Source: an uncultured Gammaproteobacteria bacterium (lineage in GTDB: Bacteria > Patescibacteriota > Patescibacteriia > Magasanikbacterales > GWA2-37-8). From it: 64,000 nt of DNA. The translations under genes were made by a program, and so were the position numbers. Below the pieces are notes generated by a model. The model worked only from the letters and a program-made list of their open reading frames with translations, did not search any database and was not told the DNA's origin. This document shows, piece after piece, positions 49,969 through 60,100 of this stretch. Where the stretch lies: positions 229,460 through 293,459 of the forward strand of contig CAZXML010000001.1 of assembly GCA_964641245.1 (NCBI GenBank). The letters are read 5' to 3'. Position 1 is the first letter of the stretch; each line of letters opens with the position of its first letter.

Positions 49969-50415
49969 CTACTTTAATAATGCTTTTAACTGTTCCTCTT
50001 TGGCGGGATCTAAATTAAACATCTTTAATAAACTATCCATGGATACGGGTTTGGAGTCGCTTTGCTGCTCCATGCCCAGCAAACTGCCGTATTGTTTAAG
50101 AACTCCGCTTATCATAGGCTGTAAATAAATGTAGGCCAAAATAAGCGGCACGACAATTAAAATAAGTTTTATCCAACTAAAAATAGCCGCCCACAAAAGT
50201 TTGTTATTTATTTTCCGGTTTTGTTCATAAATAATTTGGGACCATTTTAGATTTTTTTCCATAAGTTCTTTTAGGCTTGGGTCGACCTTAGGAACCTCTG
50301 GTGCAGAGGGCTTTTTTGGAACAACTCCGGCAATCTCGGCAACTCCTCCTACCTCCTCTTGGGAAGAGGAGGATTTGACCGTGTCGCTGGCTGTGGTTTC
50401 TTTGTGTCTAAACAT
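49969..50415 (-). CDS. Hypothetical membrane protein
   Basis: Start refined to MFRHK; coiled coil plus TM. Confidence 0.7.
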   Translation of the reverse strand: MFRHKETTASDTVKSSSSQEEVGGVAEIAGVVPKKPSAPEVPKVDPSLKELMEKNLKWSQIIYEQNRKINNKLLWAAIFSWIKLILIVVPLILAYIYLQPMISGVLKQYGSLLGMEQQSDSKPVSMDSLLKMFNLDPAKEEQLKALLK

Positions 50416-50494
50416 ATTATTATGGTTATTGGTGAAATTGATGAAAATGGTCAAGTTGATCAAGCGAAGCGATTTACCATTTTTACCATCTTCA

Positions 50495-50947
50495 TCATTT
50501 ATTCGACAGCTTCTTTAGTTCTTTTTCGAAAGTGCGGACATCTCTGAAATCGCGGTAAACGCTGGCAAAACGGATGTAGGCGACTTTATCAAAACTTCTC
50601 AAATGTTTTATGACAACCTCTCCCAGTTCTTTGCTGGAAATTTCTTTGGCTTTCTTTTTTTGGATATCTCGTTCTATGGAATGAATAAGGCGGTGAAAGC
50701 TGTCGCGGGTATATGGCCGTTTGGTTAAAGCCATTTTGATACCGCCCTCTAACTTGTCGCGCATATAAATTTCCCGGTGCCCGTCGCTTTTTACCACAAT
50801 AACATCCAGCAACTCCATTTCTTCAACGGTAGAAAAACGATACTGACATTTATCGCATTCCCGGCGCCGGCGGATAGACAAGTCGTCTTCTGCCGGACGC
50901 GTATCAATCACGCTAATTTCCTTGTTATTACAAATTGGACATCTCAT
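50495..50947 (-). CDS. nrdR: Transcriptional repressor NrdR
   Basis: MRCP.C, IRRRREC..C..RF.T.E, ATP cone, VAYIRFASVY. Confidence 0.96.
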   Translation of the reverse strand: MRCPICNNKEISVIDTRPAEDDLSIRRRRECDKCQYRFSTVEEMELLDVIVVKSDGHREIYMRDKLEGGIKMALTKRPYTRDSFHRLIHSIERDIQKKKAKEISSKELGEVVIKHLRSFDKVAYIRFASVYRDFRDVRTFEKELKKLSNK

Positions 50948-50953
50948 GCGACA

Positions 50954-51030
50954 AGTATAAAGTATTAAGTATTAGGTATTAAGTATTTAACAAATATTCC
51001 CATAATACTTGATACATAATACTTAATACT
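50954..51030. repeat. Inverted pair of AGTATTA heptamer arrays
   Basis: Same unit and architecture as 5154-5233 and 20184-20269. Confidence 0.85.
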
Positions 51031-51102
51031 TCAAGAATAGTGTATCACTTATTTAATAACAAAACAACCCCAATTTTATAGGGATTGCTTTGAATTCAGG
51101 GG

Positions 51103-52326
51103 TTAGATTCCCATCTTCTTCCGGATAAAAGCCGGGATTTCCAATTCTTCTTCGGGGTTGCCCTTGTCTTTTACGGGCGCGGGCTGGGTTCTGTCCGCAG
51201 ACTGCCGTAACGGCATGGCGGTGTTATTGCTTTGAATAATTTGTTTAAACTTTTTTTCTTCTTCCTCTTCATCCTTCTGCACCTTTCTCATAAAATTGCT
51301 CGGCATATATTTATTGGCCGAGAAAAATGACTGCGGTGTTTGCTCTTCCACTGCAGCCTGAATATTTTGACGGCGGTCATCGAAACCGGTGGCGATAACG
51401 GTGATACGCATACTGCCCGTCATAGATTCGTCTATATTTGCTCCGAAGATTACTTTAGCGTCATCGGCGGCTGAACTGGTAACCATTTTGGCCGCATCGC
51501 TGACTTCGCTTAACGCCATATCCGGACCGCCCGTTATGGTTAACAAAATTCCTCTGGCGCCATCAATAGAAACTTCCAACAACGGACTGGAAATTGCCGC
51601 CTTAGCCGCATCGACCGCCCTGTTTTCACCGGTACCGGTGCCGATGCCCATAAGAGCAGTGCCTGCGTCCCGCATAATTGTTTTCACATCCGCAAAATCC
51701 AGGTTAATCATGGCGTGGACAGTAATTAATTCCGCGATACCTTGTACACCTTGGCGCAAAACATCATCAACAATTTTAAAAGATTCTACCAAAGTTGTTT
51801 TTTTATCTACTATTTGCAAAATACGATCGTTGGGAATTGTAATAATAGCATCTACATTCCGGGCTAATTGTTCCCACGCTTTCTCGGCAACATCCCGTCG
51901 CTGCGGGCCTTCAAAACCAAACGGCTTTGTGACGACGGCAACCGTTAAGGCGCCGGCCTCTTTTGCTACAGCGGCAACTACCGGAGCGGCTCCGGAACCG
52001 GTTCCCCCGCCTAAACCACAGGTAATGAAAACCATATCTGCGTCTTTCACAATTTCTCTGATTTCATTTTGAGTTTCTTCGGCCGCTTTTCTGCCAACTT
52101 CCGGATCCATACCGGCGCCCAAACCACGGGTAACGCTTTTTCCAATATGTAATTTCTGCGGGGCGTTGCTGTGATGAAGCGCCTGCACATCGGTATTCAT
52201 AGCAATAAAATCCACACCGCGAATACGGCTTGCAACCATGCGATTCACCGCGGATCCTCCGGACCCGCCCACACCAATAACTTTTATTTTGGCGAATGTT
52301 TCTATATCAGGTTTTACTTGCGGCAT
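51103..52326 (-). CDS. ftsZ: Cell division protein FtsZ
   Basis: GLGGGTGSG, INLDFADV, C-terminal LEIPAFIR. Confidence 0.98.
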   Translation of the reverse strand: MPQVKPDIETFAKIKVIGVGGSGGSAVNRMVASRIRGVDFIAMNTDVQALHHSNAPQKLHIGKSVTRGLGAGMDPEVGRKAAEETQNEIREIVKDADMVFITCGLGGGTGSGAAPVVAAVAKEAGALTVAVVTKPFGFEGPQRRDVAEKAWEQLARNVDAIITIPNDRILQIVDKKTTLVESFKIVDDVLRQGVQGIAELITVHAMINLDFADVKTIMRDAGTALMGIGTGTGENRAVDAAKAAISSPLLEVSIDGARGILLTITGGPDMALSEVSDAAKMVTSSAADDAKVIFGANIDESMTGSMRITVIATGFDDRRQNIQAAVEEQTPQSFFSANKYMPSNFMRKVQKDEEEEEKKFKQIIQSNNTAMPLRQSADRTQPAPVKDKGNPEEELEIPAFIRKKMGI

Positions 52327-52369
52327 ACAGTAAATTTAAGATTTATGATTTCAGATTTGTGTCTAGTTT

Positions 52370-52457
52370 TGTCATTGCGAGGAGTCGTAGCGACGTGGCA
52401 ATCCCATAGTCAGTACTACTAGTATAGTGGGATTGCTTCGCTTTGCTCGCAATGACA
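52370..52457. repeat. Family-A (GTCATTGCGAG) element in the ftsZ leader
   Basis: Lies between a TTGACA-17-TAAACT promoter (minus strand, 52531-52559) and the ftsZ start. Confidence 0.9.
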
Positions 52458-52586
52458 GATAAAGTTCCATTGAACACATTTTGTATTCAGCATCCTCTTA
52501 AACAAAACAACGGAGTGGTCTCCGTTGTATAGTTTATAGATAATAGTTTTTACTGTCAAGAAAACAAGTGCACTCTTTGTGTACAA

Positions 52587-53825
52587 TCAGGGAATTAGCG
52601 CTTTTAGCCATTTTTTTAGCTGGCCGGAAACAGCGCCCATATTTTTAGTCCCGGATTTGCGCTTGCTTCCTCCCTGCATTTCACTCCCCCATTTTACCAG
52701 CCCTACAGCCGTGGCAAAACCCAAATCATTCACCTTATCGGTAACACTTACCACATTTAAAGGATAACCAACATTAGCCGGCAACCGTAAAACTTTTTTG
52801 GCCATTTCTACCAAGCCGGGCAATTTGGCTCCGGCGCCGGTAAACACCACGCCGGCCGGAAGTAAACCGGAACGCTGAATCTTACGAAGTTCATCATCCA
52901 CTTTCTGTAATATCTCTTCTACGCGAGCAGAAACTATCTCGCTTAAAAATTTCTTTTTTATAATCTGGTGATCTGGAGCGCCCACATCAAATAAATCTAT
53001 TGAGCTTGAATCGGAATTACAGTCTCCATATTCTACTTTTACCCGTTCCGCAACATCCACGGATACCTTCAGTCCTAGCGCGATATCATTAGTAATATTT
53101 TGAGAGCCAAAAGGAATAATTGAGGTTTGGATTAATTCTCCTTCTTCAAATACAGCCATACCGGTAGTAGAACCGCCCAAATTTACCACCATTACCCCCA
53201 GTTCTTTTTGGCGTTTGGTAACCACAATTTCGGCGGTGGCCAGAATAAACAAAACCAGGTCTTCAATATCCAGTCCGGCCCGGTAAACGGCTTTGGTTAA
53301 GTTCTTTATTTGCGAAGATGAACCTAAAATAATTTGTGTATCCACCTCTAACCGTACGCCGGTCATTGATGTGGGGTCCTTTATTCCCGTTTGTCCGTCT
53401 ACCGTATAATGGCGGGGTAATACGTGTAAAACTTCATAATTTAACGGTGTGGCAATAGACCTGGCCGCCTCGATGGCACGAGTAACATCTTCTTCGGTTA
53501 TTTCGCTGTTGGCTTTGGATACGGCCACAACCCCTTTACTGCTTTGAGATAAAATATGCAGGCCGGAGATTCCCACCCAAACGCTGTCTATGGGAACTCC
53601 CACCATTCTTTCTACCCGTTCTAAACAGGCGGAAATTGCGGACACCACATCTTCTATACTGCTGACCACTCCTTTTTGCACTCCTTCCGAAGGAACTTCA
53701 GCCGCGCCCAAAATCTGCAACTCAACATTGCCTTCTTCTTTTCCGATTAATTGTCCAACGGCCATGCGTACCGAATTTGATCCGATATCCAGCCCGCCGA
53801 TTAAATTTCCTTGTCCGTTTTTCAT
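52587..53825 (-). CDS. ftsA: Cell division protein FtsA
   Basis: GLDIGS, GVQKGVV, GVRLEV, VFTGAGAKL, ATAVGL. Confidence 0.96.
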   Translation of the reverse strand: MKNGQGNLIGGLDIGSNSVRMAVGQLIGKEEGNVELQILGAAEVPSEGVQKGVVSSIEDVVSAISACLERVERMVGVPIDSVWVGISGLHILSQSSKGVVAVSKANSEITEEDVTRAIEAARSIATPLNYEVLHVLPRHYTVDGQTGIKDPTSMTGVRLEVDTQIILGSSSQIKNLTKAVYRAGLDIEDLVLFILATAEIVVTKRQKELGVMVVNLGGSTTGMAVFEEGELIQTSIIPFGSQNITNDIALGLKVSVDVAERVKVEYGDCNSDSSSIDLFDVGAPDHQIIKKKFLSEIVSARVEEILQKVDDELRKIQRSGLLPAGVVFTGAGAKLPGLVEMAKKVLRLPANVGYPLNVVSVTDKVNDLGFATAVGLVKWGSEMQGGSKRKSGTKNMGAVSGQLKKWLKALIP

Positions 53826-53867
53826 ACAATAGATTACGCGGATTTGTCATGCCTAGCGAGGTCTTAC

Positions 53868-53955
53868 TGTCATTGCGAGGAGCCGGAGCGACGCGGCAAT
53901 CCCACTGTCGGGACTACCAGTACTTTGGGTTTGCTTCGCTTTGCTCGCAATGACA
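53868..53955. repeat. Family-A (GTCATTGCGAG) element upstream of ftsA
   Basis: Matches 52370-52457 and 36272-36360. Confidence 0.9.
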
Positions 53956-53976
53956 AAATATTCGCTTATTATAACA

Positions 53977-54342
53977 CTACTTAATCAAATTCTCCAAATG
54001 CGGATAAAAAATTATCGCTCCCACTATTAAAGCCACCAGGGATGTAAGCAATACCGCTCCGGCCATAAGATCCTTGACCACTCCTACGTAATGATGCAAA
54101 CGGGGCTTAAGCAAATCGCTAAAATTCTCAAAGGCGGTGTTTAAAATTTCTACTAATAAAACCAGCAGTACCAGCAAGATAAGCAATATTACTTCCCAGC
54201 TGCGCAACGGAAAATATGTAGCGGCCGCAAAAACTAAAAAACCCAGTAATACCTGTATCCGAAAATTCTGCTCTGATTTAAAAACATGCTTTAAGCCTCT
54301 AAAGGCGTCGGTAAAACTTTTTAACAGCCTATATAAAGACAT
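53977..54342 (-). CDS. dgkA: Diacylglycerol/undecaprenol kinase
   Basis: SF..AFRGL...EQNFRI, EILNTAFE, KDLMAGAV; follows ybeY. Confidence 0.92.
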   Translation of the reverse strand: MSLYRLLKSFTDAFRGLKHVFKSEQNFRIQVLLGFLVFAAATYFPLRSWEVILLILLVLLVLLVEILNTAFENFSDLLKPRLHHYVGVVKDLMAGAVLLTSLVALIVGAIIFYPHLENLIK

Positions 54343-54749
54343 ACTATTTCTTCTTGAATTTTAAACATTTTTTGCGCCTCTTTTATTTCCACGTGATCGT
54401 AACCAAGGATGTGAAGAAATCCGTGTACCAGCATTCTAGCAAATTCTTCTTTGGTTTTGATGGTTAATTCTTTTGACTGACGCACGATCTGGGGATAGCA
54501 GATATAAATTTGCCCCAGAAATTTCGATTTTACCACCCCATCTTCTCCCCAGGCAAAAGACAACACATCCGTAATTTTATTTTTACCTCTGTAGCTAAAA
54601 TTTAACTCTTTTATTTCCTTCTCCCCCACAATATTTACCTCCAGTTCGCCGTTAATTTTTAATTTCCGGTGAATTATGTTAAATACTTTTTTTACCTCGC
54701 CTTGCGTCCATGGACATTTTATCCGTTTGTTAAAATTTATTGACAACAT
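54321..54749 (-). CDS. ybeY: Endoribonuclease YbeY
   Basis: LN..YRGKNKITDVLSF, HGFLHILGYDH. Confidence 0.95.
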   Translation of the reverse strand: MLSINFNKRIKCPWTQGEVKKVFNIIHRKLKINGELEVNIVGEKEIKELNFSYRGKNKITDVLSFAWGEDGVVKSKFLGQIYICYPQIVRQSKELTIKTKEEFARMLVHGFLHILGYDHVEIKEAQKMFKIQEEIVCLYIGC

Positions 54750-54780
54750 GATTGTGAATTTAGTATTTAGTATTTAGGAT

Positions 54781-55899
54781 TTAGGGATTGATGGTGGATG
54801 GCATTTCGGTCGGATAAGCGCTTGATTCGGTAACCGGCGGTATTATTTCCGGCGGAGTGAAACCGGCAGACCGGAAACTTCTGGCCATCATTACCATTAC
54901 GGACCGGAAATTAACCACGTTGGAATCGGTGGTGTGATAAACCATTACATACACATGGGCATCATCCGTAAAATAATAAGCTAAATTGTCCGCCCTATTT
55001 TGGCCGGATTCTGTAAATCTTGTTTGGAAATTTACTAAATTCTGATACTGCTCGTTGGGCGCCCACTGCGCAAACCAGTCGGAAAATGTTTGGCCGGGTA
55101 CGCGGTCAAAAACCCGCACTTCGATATTTTCACCGGTAATGGTGCTAAATAAAACATCGCGCCCACTTTCGTCTACATTGCCGATGGCCCAATTTAACGG
55201 ATAATAAACTTTATAGCCAAAAACCGGATTAATATAATCATTCATGAATCCGGAATCAATCAATTTCATTGGCTCTTTGCCGGCCGGATTATACAAGTAA
55301 AAAACTTCATGGCCGTCATTATAACCGTCTTCGTCCGTATCCGGCTTGCTTGGGTCCGTGCCAAATAATTCTTCGGCGGTGTCGGTTAAATTGTCTTTAT
55401 CCAAATCCGGACTTTCTCCCAATAGGGCGGATGGGAATTCAATTGGCGCTTCGGCTAAGGACGGCGCGGTGGTGGTTGGCGCGGGTTCCTGTACAACCGG
55501 GGTTTCCACAACCGGCTCCGTAACAACAGGCGGAGTTACCACAACTTTAGGCGCTACCGGCAAAGCTCCGGTTGGCTGTTGTCTTAATTGCAAATAATAA
55601 TAAACACTTACTCCGGCCACCAGAACCACAAAAAGCGATGACCCTAAAATTATAGCGTATTTTTTATTGGTAAGGATATTCGCCGGATGCAAAACAGACC
55701 CACTCCCCGCGGCCGTGCTTTTGTCCAGCATTTTCTTTTCCGGCGCGGTCAGTTTTGGTGTTGCTTTTAACACCACTTCTTTTTCCACTCTTTTAAACTT
55801 TATTTCCGGATTTACGCCGCCATAAAAATCCGCGGGGATTGTTTGCACGCTTATGCTTTTATCAATTTCGGTTTTTACGTCTGCTTTTTTTCCAAACAT
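54781..55899 (-). CDS. Single-TM protein with bacterial TSP3-like Ca-binding repeats and a C-terminal PsbP-like domain
   Basis: TM, Pro/Thr linker, DLDKDNLTD..E...GTDP...DTDEDGYNDG.E. Confidence 0.8.
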   Translation of the reverse strand: MFGKKADVKTEIDKSISVQTIPADFYGGVNPEIKFKRVEKEVVLKATPKLTAPEKKMLDKSTAAGSGSVLHPANILTNKKYAIILGSSLFVVLVAGVSVYYYLQLRQQPTGALPVAPKVVVTPPVVTEPVVETPVVQEPAPTTTAPSLAEAPIEFPSALLGESPDLDKDNLTDTAEELFGTDPSKPDTDEDGYNDGHEVFYLYNPAGKEPMKLIDSGFMNDYINPVFGYKVYYPLNWAIGNVDESGRDVLFSTITGENIEVRVFDRVPGQTFSDWFAQWAPNEQYQNLVNFQTRFTESGQNRADNLAYYFTDDAHVYVMVYHTTDSNVVNFRSVMVMMARSFRSAGFTPPEIIPPVTESSAYPTEMPSTINP

Positions 55900-55953
55900 A
55901 TAAAATGATGAATGATGCTAATGCGCTGTGGCGCCACGAATCTTGCGAATTGA

Positions 55954-56718
55954 TTAAGGCGACGTGGTGGGCGTGGTGGAAGGAGTGCTAAAAAGCTTAC
56001 CAGCCCCAAGCGGATTATAACCATTTTTAACTTCGGTTCCATCCGGATAGGTATCCCCGTCTGAATCCGGGTTTAACGGATTAGTGCGCCAAATAAGCAC
56101 TTCGTCGCCGTCGCTTAAGCCGTCGCCGTCCGTGTCCGCTTTTAACGGATCGGTTTTATAAACAATCACTTCGTCGCCGTCGCTTAAGCTGTCACTGTCG
56201 CTGTCGGCAAGTTGCGGATTGGCGCCAATTTCTTTTTCCCGCACATCGTCTAAACCGTCTTTATCGCTATCCACAGCCTGACCGAATAATATTTGATCAT
56301 TATTTTGTTGGGCAGGAACGTTGGTATTTGCCGGAGCGGTAGTTTGCGAAGTTTGATTTTGCACGGTTTGATTATCCGGTACTACGGGTAATTTAACAAT
56401 CTGATTTTTACTGGCGTAAAAATACCACCAACCACCATAACCAAGACCGCCCAATAATAAAACAATAACGAGTCCCAGTAATATTTTCCCCAAAACAGGC
56501 GCGCTGGTTTTGTATAGCTCGCCGCCTGCTGATGAATTTGACTGTAAATTAGGCATAGTTCTGACATCGTCTTTTTTCTTTAATAATCCAACGGCCAGAG
56601 CATCGGGCGCGGACGGCGGCATTGCTCCCTCGTTTTTTTCTACACCCGCAAACATATCTACCGGTTCGGTTGGTAGATTTTTTGGCGCATTTGGATTTTG
56701 ATTTTGGTCATCGAACAT
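55954..56718 (-). CDS. Single-TM protein with bacterial TSP3-like repeats
   Basis: Four DxDxDGLxDxxE repeats. Confidence 0.85.
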   Translation of the reverse strand: MFDDQNQNPNAPKNLPTEPVDMFAGVEKNEGAMPPSAPDALAVGLLKKKDDVRTMPNLQSNSSAGGELYKTSAPVLGKILLGLVIVLLLGGLGYGGWWYFYASKNQIVKLPVVPDNQTVQNQTSQTTAPANTNVPAQQNNDQILFGQAVDSDKDGLDDVREKEIGANPQLADSDSDSLSDGDEVIVYKTDPLKADTDGDGLSDGDEVLIWRTNPLNPDSDGDTYPDGTEVKNGYNPLGAGKLFSTPSTTPTTSP

Positions 56719-56758
56719 ACTTTTTTAGAAATTAGAAATTAGAAATTAGAAATTTATG

Positions 56759-57136
56759 TCACTTTGCTTTATCAAGCGGATTTGTTCCGCGGCGAACCTC
56801 GTAACCATCGGCTTTACCATCGCCATCGGTGTCTGCTTTAAGCGGATTCGTTTTAAAAACAAATACTTCCTGACTATCTATTAAACCATCCTCATCGGTA
56901 TCGGCAGATGTAACGCTGGTTTGATATTTTGCTTCTTCGCTATCCGGTATGCCATCCAAGTCCTTGTCTGTAGCCGTTAATTTTTTTAAAGCGACATTAA
57001 ATTCTTGTTCTCTGACTGAAGTACTTGGCGCTACCGGCGCCATTGATTTTTTAATTATAACTCTATAAACCAAAACACCCGCTCCCGTCAGAGCGACAAT
57101 GATGAAAAAAAATATTATTTTTTTACTTGTTGACAT
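56759..57136 (-). CDS. Small membrane-anchored TSP3-like repeat protein
   Basis: DKDLDGIPD, DTDEDGLID, DTDGDGKADG. Confidence 0.85.
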   Translation of the reverse strand: MSTSKKIIFFFIIVALTGAGVLVYRVIIKKSMAPVAPSTSVREQEFNVALKKLTATDKDLDGIPDSEEAKYQTSVTSADTDEDGLIDSQEVFVFKTNPLKADTDGDGKADGYEVRRGTNPLDKAK

Positions 57137-57142
57137 ACTTAA

Positions 57143-60100
57143 TTAAATTTCACGGTTCGGAACGGCTTCTACTTCATTAGAAGCCGCACTCTCGCCGTTG
57201 GCATTTACCGCTGTCACTTTATAACGGTACCTGGTCCCGTTAGTCAGCCCCGTGTTATTGAACGAGGTAGAACTGCCGTTTAGAGTCGTGTAAACAAGGC
57301 TGTAGAAGTCAAAAAACAAATATGTCTTTCTATATACTTTATAACTAGTTATGGCCGAACCGCCATTGCTGGCCGGCGCATTCCAGGCCATTTGAACACT
57401 TCCACTACCAACACCGGTTACCACCAAATTCTGTGGAGCGGAGAGAGCGGGAGTTAAAGTTACATATTGAAAATGCTCTGGGTCAGTAATGATTGCGTTT
57501 ACATCTATTATATCATGCAAAGATAAGGTGGTTGCCGGTTTATTGATATTAAAGACCTGCCAATAGCGGGCGTTTTGGTTATCCGAAGGAGACGCGGATT
57601 GGAAAAAATACGTTTTTGCCGGCGTACCAAAATGATACGGATTTGTGTCGGTGTCCGGTAAATATATCTCTACTTTTAATTTAACCGTGTTTTTAAAGGT
57701 TCTAATTGGATAACTGGGCGAGCGCACATAAAACGCATAGGTGTTGCCAGACATCGCAGACGTATCAATTGTAAATGCTTCAGAATCAGTTTGGCCGGGA
57801 GTGGCTGTAAAACCGTGATACCAAATTCCATACGCTTCTGAATTGGGCGTGCTGTAATAGTTTATACCGGTGGCGTAATTCTTTTGCGAAGCCTCGCATA
57901 CATTCAGGTAACAATATGACGGCCCTTCTATTTCGGGATTAACAATAAACGGATTCAAAACACCGCTATAAAAATCTCCGGAACCTACCCAGCTGGTAAC
58001 AATCCGTAAATCATGGGCGCGCAAAGTGCTGGAAATCACCGGCGATAATACCAAGTCATACTGCCAAGGTTGTGGTTCGGCTACCACTCGAAAATTTAAT
58101 GGCCGAGCCCAATCATAATTAACATACATTTGATACTTTTTTTCCGGATTAGCATCCGCTGAACAGATTGGGTCGCTGGCGATTATAGCTTTCATATAGT
58201 CGAACGTTACATCACGAGATCCTAAATTATCAGGTTTGCGTAGGGTGTAAGACATAAAATCCATGGAGGTGTCATTTTTTATATCTAAGCCCACAAGCGA
58301 TGCAAAAGTGTTGCTGCCAATCGCCAAACCAAGTGAGCCACCACCTGTTATTTTCTTGGCAAAAAGCGGATCTGGAGTAAGGCCTGTTCCGGAGAAACTG
58401 TCCCATAAGGCATTCTCCAAAACATTAACCACATTCCCATGCACTTCTACTCCATCAGAAACTACTCCGCATGTCACGCAATTTCTAACTACACCCACCG
58501 AACAATCCGCGCAGCTCTTAGCGCCTTTTTTTATAGTGCGCGGATCTTTTGACTCGGCCGAGCAGGCCAATTCTTGATAACCGTTACGGCCAGGGGTTTT
58601 TAAAACTTCTGTTCTGCCGGTAGTAGACGCGGATGAGAAAATATTTTCTTCAAACACCTCGCATTTTTCCGGACTTTGAATAACACCATCGCCACAATAC
58701 TGGCCGGGTTGAACATCGATTGTGTTTTGGCAATCAGAAGAACAATAAGAACAAGGTTTGCCATAAGCGGGAGTGCAAACGTGGCCATTATTGACCAGTC
58801 CTTGGTCGCACGTTTCACCGGCATCTACTATATTATTACCACAACTGCCGACAGGTAGAACGGGTGTTAGTGTGCTGGTGGCGGCGCAAAACCAACCACT
58901 TTGATAATTATTTTGCACTTCCGAGGCCGACAAGGCGCGATTGTAGATTTTAACTTCGTCTAAACTGCCAAAGAAGTAATTACCACTGCCAACTGGAGCA
59001 GATTTACCAATGACTAAATCCCCTGTGCCTACTGCCATTATGGCCGTATCACTACTGACAGTATTTGTATTTTCTAAAACGCCATTAACATAAATCTTAG
59101 TAATATGGCTGTTACCATTTCTTGAATATGTACCCACCACATGCGTCCAAGTATTGGTGGCGATACTGCTGTTTGAATCAACTACTGCAGTTTGTAAATT
59201 ATTATTCCACAAGTTAAAACGGATATTATGCAGGGTAGTAGAGGCATTAAATTCTAAATCGTAACTCCTAAACCCAAACGGCCCTTCCTTTTCCACAATT
59301 CTCTGATAAGGATAAAGAGCACGCTCATCTTCAGTAGGATAAATCCACGCTTCTACCGTTAATGAGCTGGTGGCTACCAAACTAAAACTAGGACTGCTTT
59401 TCGCAATTAAATATCGCCGACCAAAAGACGAACCAAACTCAAAGCCATGACCATATTTACCCGTGCCCACCACCGGACAAGCGCGGGCTTTGTTGTCGCA
59501 AATGGCATTATTGCCATTAACCGAACTGTCGTCTGTTCTATATACGCCGACCAGATCATTTTCAAACCGCCACCAAGCCACCGCGTCTCTGTCTTTTTTT
59601 AAACAATTACTGCCACAAACTTTTGTACCCGGATTTCCATCTACCGAACAAGTTTGCGAACCGTCGCATGTTTCTCCATACTGGGTTTGGATAATACTGT
59701 CACCACAATACGGTCCCCAGTTTTGGCAATCCCAACTGCAGGAATTATTTCTGGAAATTAAACTATATTTTTCCACTCCAGGCGTGACTGGATCGCAAAC
59801 TTCATAAGCCTCTTGCAAGTGACCGTCTCCACATCTGCCCGGTGTAGGACTATCGACCGGACCTGTACAGCTAATATTGCAATGATTATATTTCCCATTT
59901 AAAAAAGTTCCATCGTCACAAGTTTCACCGGCCTCCAATGCGCCATTTCCACAATGACTAAACTTGCTACACAAAGTGGTAGACGGCGGGCCCCACTTAC
60001 AACTACTATTACAAACTTTTAAATTTTTAAGAGGTGGCACCGCGCTACTGCATCCGGCCTCGTATTCTATTCTGCCGGGCGGATCGCACTGTTCGCCTTT

